Below are positions 15,717 through 27,942 of a stretch of 64,000 nucleotides of DNA, one piece after another. Both the position numbers and the translations under genes were made by a program. The notes under the pieces were generated by a model, which was given only the letters and a program-made list of their open reading frames with translations, was not told where the DNA came from and did not search any database. Within the stretch, counting starts at the first letter, position 1. Each line of letters opens with the position of its first letter. Source of the DNA: the human T2T-CHM13v2.0 reference genome, Homo sapiens; NCBI RefSeq assembly GCF_009914755.1, contig NC_060934.1. The stretch is one strand, 5' to 3'.

Positions 15717-16760
15717 GCCAAGGTCCTAAGAACAATGAGGTCCTCCTCTCTGAGCAGCACCTTGCCTCACTAATCTCCTACAGATGGGAGGGAGCTTTGA
15801 GGAGAGGCACATGAGGATCCTGGAGATGCTGAATCTCTAGCTGGCCATCTTTGGTCACTTCCCAAAATGCCAGGTATCTCATGTCGACCTCTATTTTTAA
15901 TTAGGATTTACAGCCCATTCTTCCCTATGTCTTTCCATTCATTTATTTCTTCAACAAATAGTTTTCATACTACTACTCTAGGCAAGGCACTGTGCTAGAA
16001 TAAGAGTGTTATACCTCTTTCATACTTTTCTAATTAAAATGAATTGAACTGCAACTCTGAGGACTCCCTGTGCTGGTTTGAGTGAGCCTCTTTTGATTTT
16101 CCAACACTTTGTCTTCCACATTAAATTTGGGAGACTCCAACTGAAGAGGATCAATGAGGATGTTTCCTATGAGATAGGAAGCCTGGCAGGTTGGGGATCA
16201 ATTGAGTTCTACAAATAGGTGACTGCCTCAGGCCTAGCCCATTTCCCAGATTCATATGGGGTATCCTCAACCATAAACATCTCTGCCTGACAAACTTCTG
16301 ACAGCAGCTTTGCTATTCTTTCTGTGCCTGAACTACATGAAGTCATGGACATCAGGATCTTTAGGACACCCTCATTATCACCAGGGCCTGTGTTATACCC
16401 TGTTGGCTTAGGGACATAGCAAAGAAGGAGGCTGAGCATACTAAGAGGTTTATCAGAACTTCTTTCTCCTATAGTTTATAGTGGGCTTTGCCCAGTCCAT
16501 AATACTAAAGGGGCCTCTGCTGAACAGGCTTTTGTTTCCCTCTTTCTCTGAGCCTTCTTTCATGATTACCCTGGGAAAAATGGGGTTTCTTCATGCTTTG
16601 TGCCAATCTTTTTTGCCAATCAGTAACTCTCCTCCTTTATACAGACTTAAATCTTTACTTTAATGATACTATGATACTCAGAGGTCAGAGAGCACACATG
16701 AAATCACTGGGATCATCCTAAATAATCAAACTCTCACCCTAATGTAAGACAAGACCCCCA

Positions 16761-16841
16761 TTTATTCTCTCAGACTGTTTGACACTCTTAAACACAAAGT
16801 CCATTAACCTGTTTCTCCTTCCAGTTAAAATCAGTTTTATT
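16761..16841 (-). terminator. Candidate proximal poly(A) signals (AATAAA at 16836-16841 and 16761-16766)
   Basis: Two TTTATT on the + strand; TTTGTGTTT about 40 nt downstream of the first on the - strand. Confidence 0.4.
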
Positions 16842-18204
16842 TCACAAACATTTCTATTCTACTGTGAGAGTGGAAATACCAGGTAACAGCAACCGTCACA
16901 GGAGGAAATTGCCCTGCGAAATTGTCACACATTCAAAACATTTCTCACAAGAATCTTCTGGAATCAGATCGCACGAGATTTTCGTTAAGGTGTGAGAACA
17001 CCACAATTCATCTCTATGCTTTCTTTTCCAAAGTACATGGCCAGGTTTGAATTACTTTGCATATATCAACTCTTTCGCATACAGTATATGTTTCCAGGTG
17101 GGAAAAGGCAGGGATATTTGAAAAAGGCAGGTTCTAGAGGAAAAGACAAAGATACATGAAACTGAACCCTGCTGTGCAGGATGCAGCAAGGTCCATGGGC
17201 ACAGAAGCTGGCATGCTTGGGAATGTACAAAACTGACAAAGGGCTCAGAAACTTGTGAGTAGTGGGGGCAGGGGCGGCACAGGCCAGGCCAGTATTTAGG
17301 AAACGTCAGGGTTAATGTCCAGAATCTAGCAATATGTTTGGGAAGAAAAACTGAGAACAGTTGAAGGACAACTTACTTGGGGTTTGGAGGGAAGAGATTC
17401 AAAGATATCAACAGATCATGGTCACACATGGATGACAAACAAATGTGAAGACAGGACAATGGGTAACTAATGGGATTCCATTTCCTACTGCAGTTGGGGC
17501 AGGAGTAGGGAAAGCTGCAAGGGGAGGCAATCATGGTGGAAAGAGGTGAACAGGAAACCAAGGTCCGTTTCTGACATGCTTTGCCTCCCTGCCTCCCTTC
17601 CTTCCTTATTCTACCGGCACAAAGGGATCTTCAACTCGCATCTTTGTTCCTGTGGCCACAGAGAGTGCAGAAAGCAGCCTTGTGGCCACTGCTGACCAAC
17701 AGAGCTACCAAAGCTAACTTAGAAGGGAAATGACAGTATGGAAAGTGGAACAGAGAAACAGCTCAGGGTTTCAAACTCCTGTGCACGTCTTTGTGTCTTA
17801 TGAAAGGAGCTGGGGTAGCTAATCCACCCATCAGCCTTTAATGCTAAAATAGCTGATAAATCTAGAGCCAAGAATATTTCCAAAAATACATGCAGATTTC
17901 CTTGGCCTATATATGTTATGAATTTTCTACAAACACGACCGATCAGAAAAAAGAGAGAGAAGAAGAAAGAGGGAGAGGGGAGTGTTTTCCATTAAAATAG
18001 AGCACCTGTACACTGCCCCTCCAGACATGTTCTCAGAGTATTGTCCACATGCACAGGCTTAAAGCTAAAAACCCTTGTTGTCTGTGTCTGAAGAATTAAA
18101 AAGTCCCGATGCAGTGAGTGTTTGTTTGTTTGTTTGGATTTTGATTGTTTATATTTTATGTTTTGTTTTGTTTTTGTTTTTGTTTTTTTACTGGCGTCCT
18201 CCAT

Positions 18205-18269
18205 TCAAACATTTACATAGGTAGGGATTTCTTTTGTGCTTTGATTCTCAGCAACTATGGAAATACTTC
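18205..18269 (-). CDS. SORCS1: Distal alternative acceptor: GSISIVAENQSTKEIPTYVNV* after the c exon, or KYFHSC* directly after the TM exon
   Basis: Acceptor TTTTGCCAG|GAAGTATT; TGA at 18205-18207; resembles the recalled SORCS3 C-terminus (STKEIP). Confidence 0.85.
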
Positions 18270-18403
18270 CTGGCAAAATAGGAAACAGAACAACAAAGGA
18301 AAGAAAAAAAACACAAAGTTAGTGGTCATGAAGGATGATGTACTTGACAAGAGCGAAATTCTTTCCTGATCAGCAGGTCGCCTGTAGCCTTTGGGGGTTT
18401 TCC

Positions 18404-18539
18404 TTAAATTGCATACTGTGCCCCAGCAGATCCCCGCTTTGGCGTTGAAGGCGGAGTGGCGTGTCTTGCTCTTTGCAATCGGAGAGATGAGTCACCAGGT
18501 TGAGTAGAAGGGGAGGGAGGGGAGGGTAAAGCTACTCTC
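18404..18539 (-). CDS. SORCS1: SorCS1b-type terminal exon CDS: RVALPSPPSPSTQPGDSSLRLQRARHATPPSTPKRGSAGAQYAI*
   Basis: Acceptor TTTTCTCTTAG|GAGAGTA; TAA at 18404-18406; proline-rich tail. Confidence 0.95.
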
Positions 18540-20066
18540 CTAAGAGAAAACGTGTAACACTTACTCATTTAATGACACTGGAAAGGGAAAGGTGTCAGAG
18601 ACTTTGCAATGTGCTGCGATATCTTCCTGGAGAAGGAGGAATTACTACTTTAATAAAGCAAACAGAGGCTGTGCTTCATACCCTACGGAAATGCGACTGA
18701 GAACCAAACGATCCCCAAAAATGCACTTAGAAGCTTTAGGAATGAGTAGACAGGGTGAATGCTTCTCTGGACTTGAAGGCAGAAAAGACTTTTTTCTTTT
18801 TAGCCCCAAGCAATCACACATTTATTACCTTGCCTCTCCAAATAAAAGAAAGTGCACTGTGAAAATCGGACACCAGATGTGACTGCAGTTGTTATCATTA
18901 TCTATGATAGGAGCCAGTCACTGCATTTACATTTCCCCTTAACACAGCCACAGACCTTTCCCATATTCATTTAAAGAGGGTTATGTTTCCGTTTACATAC
19001 TCATTGTTTTCCAAGTAAGATTAAAAATTTTATGTAAAGGCCTTCTAGGTGGTTTGGCATTATCACATTAGAGTGGAGCATGAATGGTTATATAATAATT
19101 TATTCACTGTTGTCAGCAATGCAGGATCTAGATGTAAACATATAAGGCTTCAACTCCTAATGCCAACAGACAGGAGGAACCAGACAGAGAAATGGATCAG
19201 CAATAGTGGCTTCATAGGTTTGTCTAGCTTCCTGGAAAATTTCTGCTGCAATAAATAGCAGAATCTAGCAAGTGAACGTCAGATTCTCTATACCTCGTTG
19301 TTGGATTCCCATGCCTACTTCACAGGCAGAGAGAGAGCCATTGAAATATGAGAAAGTCCATTTTACAACTTCTGGTAAGGGACAGTCTAAAAAGAGGAAG
19401 AAATTTGCTAATCTGCTCTGTAATAGTCTCACCCACCAGTGGTCTCTCTCAGGATGCTCTACTGCCTGGATGTCTGCAAACATTATGCCTCTTGTCCTCA
19501 ATCTTAGGTTCCAAATCTCCTGAGGGAAAGTTCCTAGACTACCAATAGATGTAAAAAAAAAAAAAATTCCCTGGAGGATCAGGCTGGCCACTCTCATTAT
19601 GTCACTTCTCTACTGGTGTTCCAGAGCAGTTTGCCCTCCTTAAGAGCTGTATCCAGTTGAGGCTACCATGTTTCATTCTAGTCAATACATACCATGTCCT
19701 GCAAACCCTGCCCAGCCCTCTGGTCCACCAGCCTTAGCCTCTGAGGCCTCTCCTTCTTATATACTATTAAAGCAAATGCTTTGCTCTTTGCCCATAAACA
19801 TATAACATTTTAACATTTTAAGCCCAATATTTTAGGGAGGGTTTTGCAAAAGGAGGAATAAACTAATGAGAGAAAAAAACTAGATAGAAGCAAGAGGTTT
19901 GTTTGTTTTTCCCCCATCCCAATCAGAGGAAGCAGGGAAAAAGCCATCTTAGCTGTTTCTCTCAGGGGTGTTAGAGCAAAAGAAAGTGGTTATGTCAAGC
20001 CAGAAAGGGGTTAGAGAGAGAGTCAGCCATTGCCTACTCAGCCGAACAGCTGGTGGCTACTGGGAA

Positions 20067-20235
20067 TCATTTACCTATGAGCTGGGATTCCACCTTCTCA
20101 TCTATAAGCTGGCCAGGCCTCCTTAGTTCAGTCTGAGGGACATTGGGCCTGCTTTCAGAGTGACTGACTGGACTGATCATCTCTTGTTCTTTCTCATTCT
20201 GCATCTGGGCATAAACATTAATCCCCGGGATCTTC
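20067..20235 (-). CDS. SORCS1: SorCS1c-type tail exon: KIPGINVYAQMQNEKEQEMISPVSHSESRPNVPQTELRRPGQLIDEKVESQLI(GK*); internal donor after 20075
   Basis: Acceptor TTTTAG|GAAGATC; translated by hand (absent from the ORF track); YAQM sorting motif; ATAG|GTAAATGA is both a donor and GK-stop. Confidence 0.92.
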
Positions 20236-20243
20236 CTAAAATA

Positions 20244-20352
20244 TTAATAGAAACCATCACTGCTATGCACATCACTGTAACACATGCTTCTGAACCTGTC
20301 AGGGAGAAGGAAGAGGTCAGGGGTGGGGGAACGTGGATAGAGGGACACGCAC
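20244..20352 (-). CDS. SORCS1: SorCS1a-type tail by read-through of the TM exon donor: CVSLYPRSPTPDLFLLPDRFRSMCYSDVHSSDGFY*
   Basis: ORF 20244..20450 is open across the donor; TAA at 20244-20246; contains DxxLL (DLFLL); matches recalled SorCS1a tail. Confidence 0.85.
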
Positions 20353-20458
20353 CTTTTAAACTTGTAGATGACGAACACTGCCAGCCCCACAAACACCACT
20401 GAGAGCAGCATCAGCATGGCAGATCCACTGTGGGTTGGAGTGAGGTCCACCAGGGGGG
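20353..20458 (-). CDS. SORCS1: SORCS1 transmembrane exon (~exon 25), 106 nt, APLVDLTPTHSGSAMLMLLSVVFVGLAVFVIYKFKR
   Basis: Acceptor CCCCCACAAG|CCCCCC, donor AAAG|GTGCGT; hydrophobic span followed by basic stop-transfer KFKR. Confidence 0.97.
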
Positions 20459-22302
20459 CTTGTGGGGGAAACAGAGCAGAGAAAAATGAGCAGAGAACTG
20501 GGCAGGTGAGACTCTATGAGAGGCTCAAATGTTTCACACACAAGCAGAGGTAAGTCCTGGAAAACCATGTGGGATATACACACAAGATGCATGTCACATG
20601 GCTGACATGGGATGCATCTGAGCCCACCCCTACTCCCACCCCAAATGTTCCTGCTCTGCAGCAGAGCAATGAAAAGCACAGACCCCAGGGCCAGGCTGTC
20701 TGGATTCAGGTCCCACTCTAACTAGCTATGTGGTCTTGGGCAATTTGCTTCACCTTAATGTACCTTATGTGGTAAAATAAAAATAATGGTATATACTTCA
20801 TTGGGTTCTTATGAGGATTAAGTGAGCTAATGTATGTTACGCATTGAGAAAAGTGCCAGGCACATAGTAAGTCATGTACCTATTAGATTTCATTTCTACT
20901 GCTGCTAGTATTAGTATTATTAATCAATATTTATAATATAATAATTATATTTTATTATACTCTGAGTGTAAGCTTTTTCCACAAAGCAAAACAGATTGCC
21001 AATAAAACCACCTGCAGGAATACATTTGTGAATTCAACCACCCCGTCACCCCTACTCCAGTAGTTGTCATGTGAGAAAAATAATTGGAAAGTTGTCATAC
21101 GTGAGAGAAAGAACAGCAAAGTGATGGAGCATGCTTGTATTTTTGTACACAGGAAACTGATGGCCAAGTGAGTATTTCACGAGGGTAGCCGCGGAGATGC
21201 TGAAGGAGGGATATGCCACCTGGCTGTCTCCACAATCTCCCAAAAGCTCTGACAGCCCTCCCCAAGATGCTCCAGCCTCTCAAACACAGTGAGTTTTTCT
21301 CTCAGACAAAACAGAAGCCTCTGCCTCCATGAAAGAGTCTCCCTCCCTGAGTTTCCCCTTGAGGTGCAGTCTGGAAAACACTTCTCGCCACCTCTCCACC
21401 TTCCCCCATCTCACAGTCAAACCTGTTGTACCTGTAGACTTTGCAATTAATTTCTACCCTCTTAAAAGTTGACATTTTGCAAATGTAGTGCAGCTCGTGC
21501 ATAAAAGACAAGCCACATGTACTCCAGGGAAGCCTTGGTGCTGACCTTTACCTTCCATCAACTTAAGCAAAGCCTGATACCCAGAAATACAGGTGACCTT
21601 TAATCACCATTTTCTGTGGTTTTCTCTGGTGTGAGCCGAGAGGGCAACATTCTAATCACCCAGGTAAAAAAGTTCAAGAATAAGTGACTATAATACTGAT
21701 GGTCTCAGACAAGACTCTCAGTTGCTTCTGCTCTGTCTACTCTTTTCAGGATTACATCTCGGCCACTCTGTATTGATACTGGGAAGCATATTCCATCTAA
21801 CCACATAGTTTTGGTGAAAAATGAAAGCCACCCCTTCCTTCTCAGAAAATAGTCATTTCAGGAGAGTTGGCTTTCAGGAGGCACTGAATATAAGGAACCC
21901 CCCCGCTATTTTCTCTCCCCTGTAAGTCAAACTTCACCTCAGTTTTGAAATGGGAATATGTAGGTTTGTGTGTAAAAGATGGGTGGGGTCCCACTGCCAT
22001 GGAACGCCCAAGGCAAATTTTCTTTTGGTTCAAAATTAGAAAACAAAGCTCTCAATGCCATCGGCAGAGAGGTTCAGAAATTCTTCAGAACTCACCCTGC
22101 AACTGGTAGGATGTCATCAGGGGAAGAGAACACCTTCCATTTGTCATAGACATTATCACAATTGATTTTCACAAATGGAAGGCAGTGACTATGATCCCCA
22201 TTAAACAGATAACAATGAAGTTCTCATTGGTTAGTGTTGTTTTAAAAGGACTTAGTACTTACTAGTAAATGGAAGAACCAAGACTTGAACCTGAATCGTC
22301 AT

Positions 22303-22306
<4 letters not shown>

Positions 22307-22344
<38 letters not shown>
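22307..22344. repeat. (CA)n microsatellite
   Basis: About 19 perfect units. Confidence 0.95.
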
Positions 22345-22346
<2 letters not shown>

Positions 22347-23105
22347 TCTATATACTCAATCCTGGGCTAATTTCAGTAAAAGACATATTTCTGAGGATGG
22401 GGATTAGGACTAAGACTATAGCACAAAAAGCAAATTAACAAGGAGCACAAGTTAAAATACTAAGTTTTAAAAGGAGCAGTAGGAATAATAAATCATGTAC
22501 GCTTACGTTTGGAAGACAGGTATGTGTATACATATATGCATATGTGTATATATATGTATGGATATGTATGTGTGCATGCAAACACACACACACAGAATAC
22601 AGAAATGAAGCCTCATGTACCTACCACTCAGCTTCAACAACCATCAACCAACAGCCAGTCTTATTTTATCCAGTCCCCACAACCTCCAACCACTGGATTA
22701 TTTTGAAATAAATCTTGGAAAACTTATAATTTAACCACCTATAACTCTAAAAGATAAGATCTCTCTCTCTCTCATCATTACCACAATACCATCATCACAT
22801 CAAGGAAATTATATTAGGAAGATGTTTTAAAGGCAATATTCTAATGCAAACCCTTAATTTGTCAGGGAACAATGGAGGCTCGGAAGGGGCCACAGATGAT
22901 TGGGATGGTTAGAGGTTGAAATAAAGCTAAACTTTTCACTCCTAACTAAATGCTCTTTCAGCATAACCAGAATACCAGTGATATGAAGCAACTAAGAATA
23001 CTGAGCTTGCTTGAAAAGGTTGGCATTTGAAATAAATGGAAAACTGAGAGAAAATTACTTTGTCCAAGCTGTCAGCAACACAGCAAACTCGCATATGCAT
23101 GCATG

Positions 23106-23143
23106 CACACACACAAACACATACACACACACACACACACACA
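23106..23143. repeat. Interrupted (CA)n
   Basis: Direct inspection. Confidence 0.85.
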
Positions 23144-24481
23144 TGAACCTTTTCCCTTCTCTTTCCTTCCTCCTATCTCTCCCCATCCCCAGGTTGTCTT
23201 TCGATTCTAAATCATTTACACTTAAATCATCATTCTTCAACAAGCAGCATTAACACTGTTAAGTAATTAGCATATTATTCTGGGAAAATGAACTTCTGTA
23301 TCCCAGTTCTAAAATGTGTGTTATCCATTCACCCTCCCCATCTCTGCATCAGTCAGTCATTTCTCAGAGGCAGGAAGCAGGAAGCAGGAAGCAGCCAGCA
23401 GCAGTGGCCAGAGACTGACTACCACTGCCCTCTGTTCCGTGGGTGGTGTCTGCTTGCTGATTGGTGCCTGAGTATAAAGGGACCTATTATTGCTCCATAC
23501 AACAGCAGCTGCATTTCTTAGTTTGCCCAGCACTTAGGTGCATTTGTGTGTGTTTTGCTGAGGGATGGAAACTTGTGATAAATGGGCTTTAGCTTGTTGT
23601 GTGGAATTAGCATACTTTAATCCCTTTCCAGTTGCAGCTTAAACAAGGTAGACGTGTAGGGGAAAGTGCTGAGCAGTTTTTTGCCATTATTCATGCACAA
23701 AGTAAAACATGGATACCAGCAGTACTCCAAGTGACTCAACATTTTTAAGCCTGCGTACTTGCACATATCATTTCTAAAATCCTCTGAGGAATTTGGAAAT
23801 GCATTGAATTTTTATATTTTATTCATGAGGACCTGGAACGATAATAATGGGAACACTTACAATAATAACAACAATCTTCTTGTGAAAAGTGATTGCCACG
23901 TAGTAAGTGCTAAATAAATGGTTATAGTTGTATGTATGAGAACAAATTCAAAATTCCACATTTGGGGTTAAGTAATGATATGAGCCCTTTTCAGAATCAA
24001 ACCTGGCTCTGTCACTTATAGACTAAGTGACTTAAATTAAATCTCAGTTTCCTCATCTGCAAAATGGAGACGAAACTAGTGTTTAGTCTAGAAATTTGTG
24101 AGATTAAAATGAGATGGAATTTATAAAGTACTGTCATAGTATTTGGGACAGACTACATGCCCAATATTTCTAACATTGTCATATTATTGCTATCATATTT
24201 CTGAAAGTGTATTCTTCTACAGAAAAAAAATCCTGAAAAATGATGACAGTTCCCTGGTGAGATAATTTGGGGCAATGATACATACAACATTCCCCATATG
24301 GAGATTCACAATGCACATCAGTATATTAAATGATCACAGCAGCCCTTGCAGAAAAGAACACATTTAACTTTACCATAGTCTTTCATAAACTCATTTGACC
24401 ACAGACCCTTTGCAGAACTAGGTTCCACATAACACTCTAGGAAATGCCTCTCCCCAGGCACTGCTTTCCCTGTTGCTGCAG

Positions 24482-24792
24482 TTTTTTCGTTTTGTTTTGT
24501 TTTGTTTTTAGATGAAGTCTTGCTTTGTCACCCAGACTGGAGTACAGTGACACAATCTCGATTCACTGCAATCTTCTCCTGTGTTCAATCAATTCTCTTG
24601 CCTCAGCCTCTCGAGTAGCTGAGATTACAGGCACCTGCCACCACGCATGGCTAATTTTTTTTTTTGTACTTTTAGTAGAGATGGGGTTTCACCATGTTGG
24701 CCAGGCTGGTCTCGAACGCTAACCTTGAGTGATCCACCCGCCTTGACCTCCCAAAGTGCTGGGATTACAGGTGTGAGCCATTGCACCCGGTC
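24482..24792 (-). mobile_element. AluS-like
   Basis: Alu consensus; TSD TTGCTGCAGTTTT. Confidence 0.92.
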
Positions 24793-25354
24793 CCCCTTGC
24801 TGCAGTTTTGCCCTTTGCTCGGTTTCTTTCCAAGTTTTAAGGTCAATAACATGGTAGCATCACCCAGTGAAGCCATGCAGAACAATCTTATTGTTGTCCA
24901 GTGTTCACTTTCATTCTATCAAAAGGACATTCCTGGAGAACTGCTACTTGCACTATGACCCCGAAACTTTCAACTCTAATTCTAATCCAAGAGTTAGTGT
25001 TTTCAGGATGTTGTAGAAGTAATTTACCATACCTTGATATTCTTTTTTCCTCTCCTGACCCCAAAGTAGACTCAATTCAGGCTTGAGTTATATGCTTTGA
25101 ATATCACAAAATCCATGTGGTCTGAAATATTTTTTCAGAAATTACAGTGATATGGGAATAGCACAGAGAAAGTTTATCCAGAATGCAGAATAGGCAGAAA
25201 GGCTTCCATTTACAGAGCACTTTCAGTTGTCCAATGGGCCTTCCCTCCATTTAGAAACAAATCCAATCATCAGAGTCTTAAAGTTTCCTATGTTATTGGG
25301 AAAAAGCCACAAGACTGCAGACTAGACTAGGTGGGAATTTCCAGGGAAGTCTCT

Positions 25355-25730
25355 TGTTAAAGTAGCCAATTGGGAGGCCATTAGACTGAGGCAGCTCTGG
25401 CGTCCTGGGTTCCTATGTAACCAAACCAAAACCCAAGTAAAGAGTAAACAGTCATATTCTAGGAAAACAAAACTTAAGCTTAATCAATTAGAAACCACTA
25501 GCTAATATCTAATGAGAGACTTTCTACTAGAATTATCCAAAGAAGGCTATTCCTCCATTTTAACCGATCAAATATTTTCTTTGCCTAGCTTTCACCTTCA
25601 CCCCATAAAAGCCTCATGCCTTTTAGGGAGCCCTAAATCAACTGTGGTCTAGTGCTAACTGATTAATGAATCATTGTTTGCCCAAATAAACTCTTTAACA
25701 TTTTAATGTGTCTCAGTTTGTCCTTTAGTA
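25355..25730 (+). mobile_element. ERV1-type solo LTR (family unassigned)
   Basis: TGTTAAAG start, CCAAT-like and CATAAAA boxes, AATAAA near the end. Confidence 0.55.
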
Positions 25731-26014
25731 GCTCTAATGACAAGTGAAGCATTGTTTCTGAATTTAAACTGAGGGTGAATCTTCAGTAATATCCAGTGAC
25801 AGGGAGTTGAGGTCACTTAGCCAAGTAATGACAAACATCAGTAACTCCAAGACCAACCATCATCATAATAAACAGACAAGAGGAGAAGAATGACTTATGG
25901 TTTTCTAAGGTTGGAAGGTGATGATTCCTGGCTACTATGTGAAATATTCCTCAAAGTGTAGCTTATGGACTACCTGAATCAGAATTACTTGGAGCACTTG
26001 TGAAAATATTGTTA

Positions 26015-26281
<267 letters not shown>

Positions 26282-26579
26282 TTATTATGTATAACAGTTT
26301 GAGAATACCGCATAGCAGGCCCCAGATATTCTCACTCATAAAACTTCCAGTCCTGTCTTTAGGGCATGCCTGACTTTTATATTTTCTGGATCACTAAAAC
26401 AAAGCAAAAATACCCCCCTACACACACAAATGTTCCCCTTTGCTGTTGATAGTAGCTCAATCTGGTGATGGCTCCAGAAGAAAGTTTGTTAAACTACCTA
26501 AAAGCATCTCAAGTCTCCCCTAAGTGAGCAGTCAGCCTCATGTAGATATGGATTACATTGCTGGCTCAATCCTCTACCC

Positions 26580-27060
26580 TTCTCTGTGTCTAAACTTTGT
26601 GCAATGAGTTTGAAGCTTGTCTCACCTAAAAGGCAAGAGGTAAAATCTGTTTCTTCATGTCTTGAATCTGAGCTATTATTATAATCTGCATCTGGCAATG
26701 GAATGCAATGGAAGCAATGGTGTGCTAATTGTGAATTTCACGGCCTTGCATACCTCTGCTTTTTCTCTTGGAATCCTACCACTGCCATGTGTGAGCAAGA
26801 CCAGAACAGTCAAAGGATGAAAGGCCATGTAGAGGCCAGGTTAATTATTCCAACCAAAGCATGCTAGAGCAGCCTGCAGGCAGCTGACCCGTAACATGTG
26901 AGACAGACCAGCCAAGATCAGCAGAGCTCCCCAACCAACAACCCATAGCTGATTGCAGACAGACAAGTGAATGTAGATAAGACTAGACGCATAAGCAAAA
27001 ATAAATGCTTACTATTAAGCCACTGAACTTCTAGGTGGTTTGTTACATAGCAATAGCTTA
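26580..27060 (+). mobile_element. MaLR LTR (MLT1-like)
   Basis: Terminal AAGCCACTGA..GGTGGTTTGTTACATAGCAATAG motif. Confidence 0.65.
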
Positions 27061-27657
27061 TTTACTTTCCTCAAAAGTCTCTTTCAACTGGTTAAACATT
27101 CAATTACCAATTATTACCTTTGAGCTCCACATTAGCCAATTTTTGGTATAGTCTTCTATCCCCACTCTCAGGGTGGCAGGGTAAAAGTAAGAAGACCATA
27201 CATATTATTTTCAAAGATAAGACACTTTAAGAATGAAAGGGGGCGCTATTAAAGCTTACGCTGATATAGCATAGATAACCCAGGACAGTCCTGATCACTC
27301 TAGGTATCAGAAACTTGGTGTCTAAAGGGTAGCTTGTCCTATGTTCTGGCATCTTGTCTGTATTTTATATGTGTTATCCTTCCCCTTTGCTTTACTTTTT
27401 TTTTTTCTTTTTGCTAATTTCTCTTGACTATCTGCCTTGCCTTCCCCTGGGATACTGCATTTCTGACGCATGTTTGTGCCCCTGTTTCTGTTCATCTGAC
27501 TGTTCCTTGCTGACCATTCTCTGACCAAGAGTTTCCAGACATATCCTCTAGCCTGGCTAACTCAGTCTAGTTACCCTGTAATCATTTCAGCCCCTTTTAC
27601 GGTCCCCCGTAATCTCAGAAAAAAAGAAATGGTGAAGAAAGAATTTATTAGAAGCTA

Positions 27658-27942
27658 GGCCAGGCATGGTGGCTCATGCCTGCAATCTCAATGCTTTGAG
27701 AGGCTGAAGTGGGTGAATCTCCTGAGGCCAAGAGTTTGAGATCAGCCTGGGCAACATAGCAACACCCTGTCTCTACAGAAAATAAAAATATTAATTGGAT
27801 GTGGTGGTGCGTGCCTGTAGTCCTAGCTACTCGAGAGGCTGAGGCAGACAGATCGCTTGAGCCCAGGTGTTCAAGGCTGTAGTGAGCTATGATGTGCCCC
27901 TGCCCTCCAGACTGGAAAACAGAACTAGATTCTGTGTCTAAA
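27658..27942 (+). mobile_element. AluJ-like
   Basis: Diverged Alu dimer. Confidence 0.9.

Larger units (their letters stand above)
14647..18204 (-). other. SORCS1: SORCS1 common 3'UTR (3' end approximate)
   Basis: Alu-free stretch after the stops, U-rich on the - strand near its end, terminating at a poly(A) signal. Confidence 0.75.

Noticed and set aside
18119-18189. A-rich (CAAA)n tract after the distal stop as a transcript end
   Set aside because: It is a genomic simple repeat, a likely oligo-dT internal-priming artefact with no adjacent canonical signal identified.
20177-20553. Alternate-frame and antisense ORFs over the TM exon
   Set aside because: They are shadows of the real coding frame.
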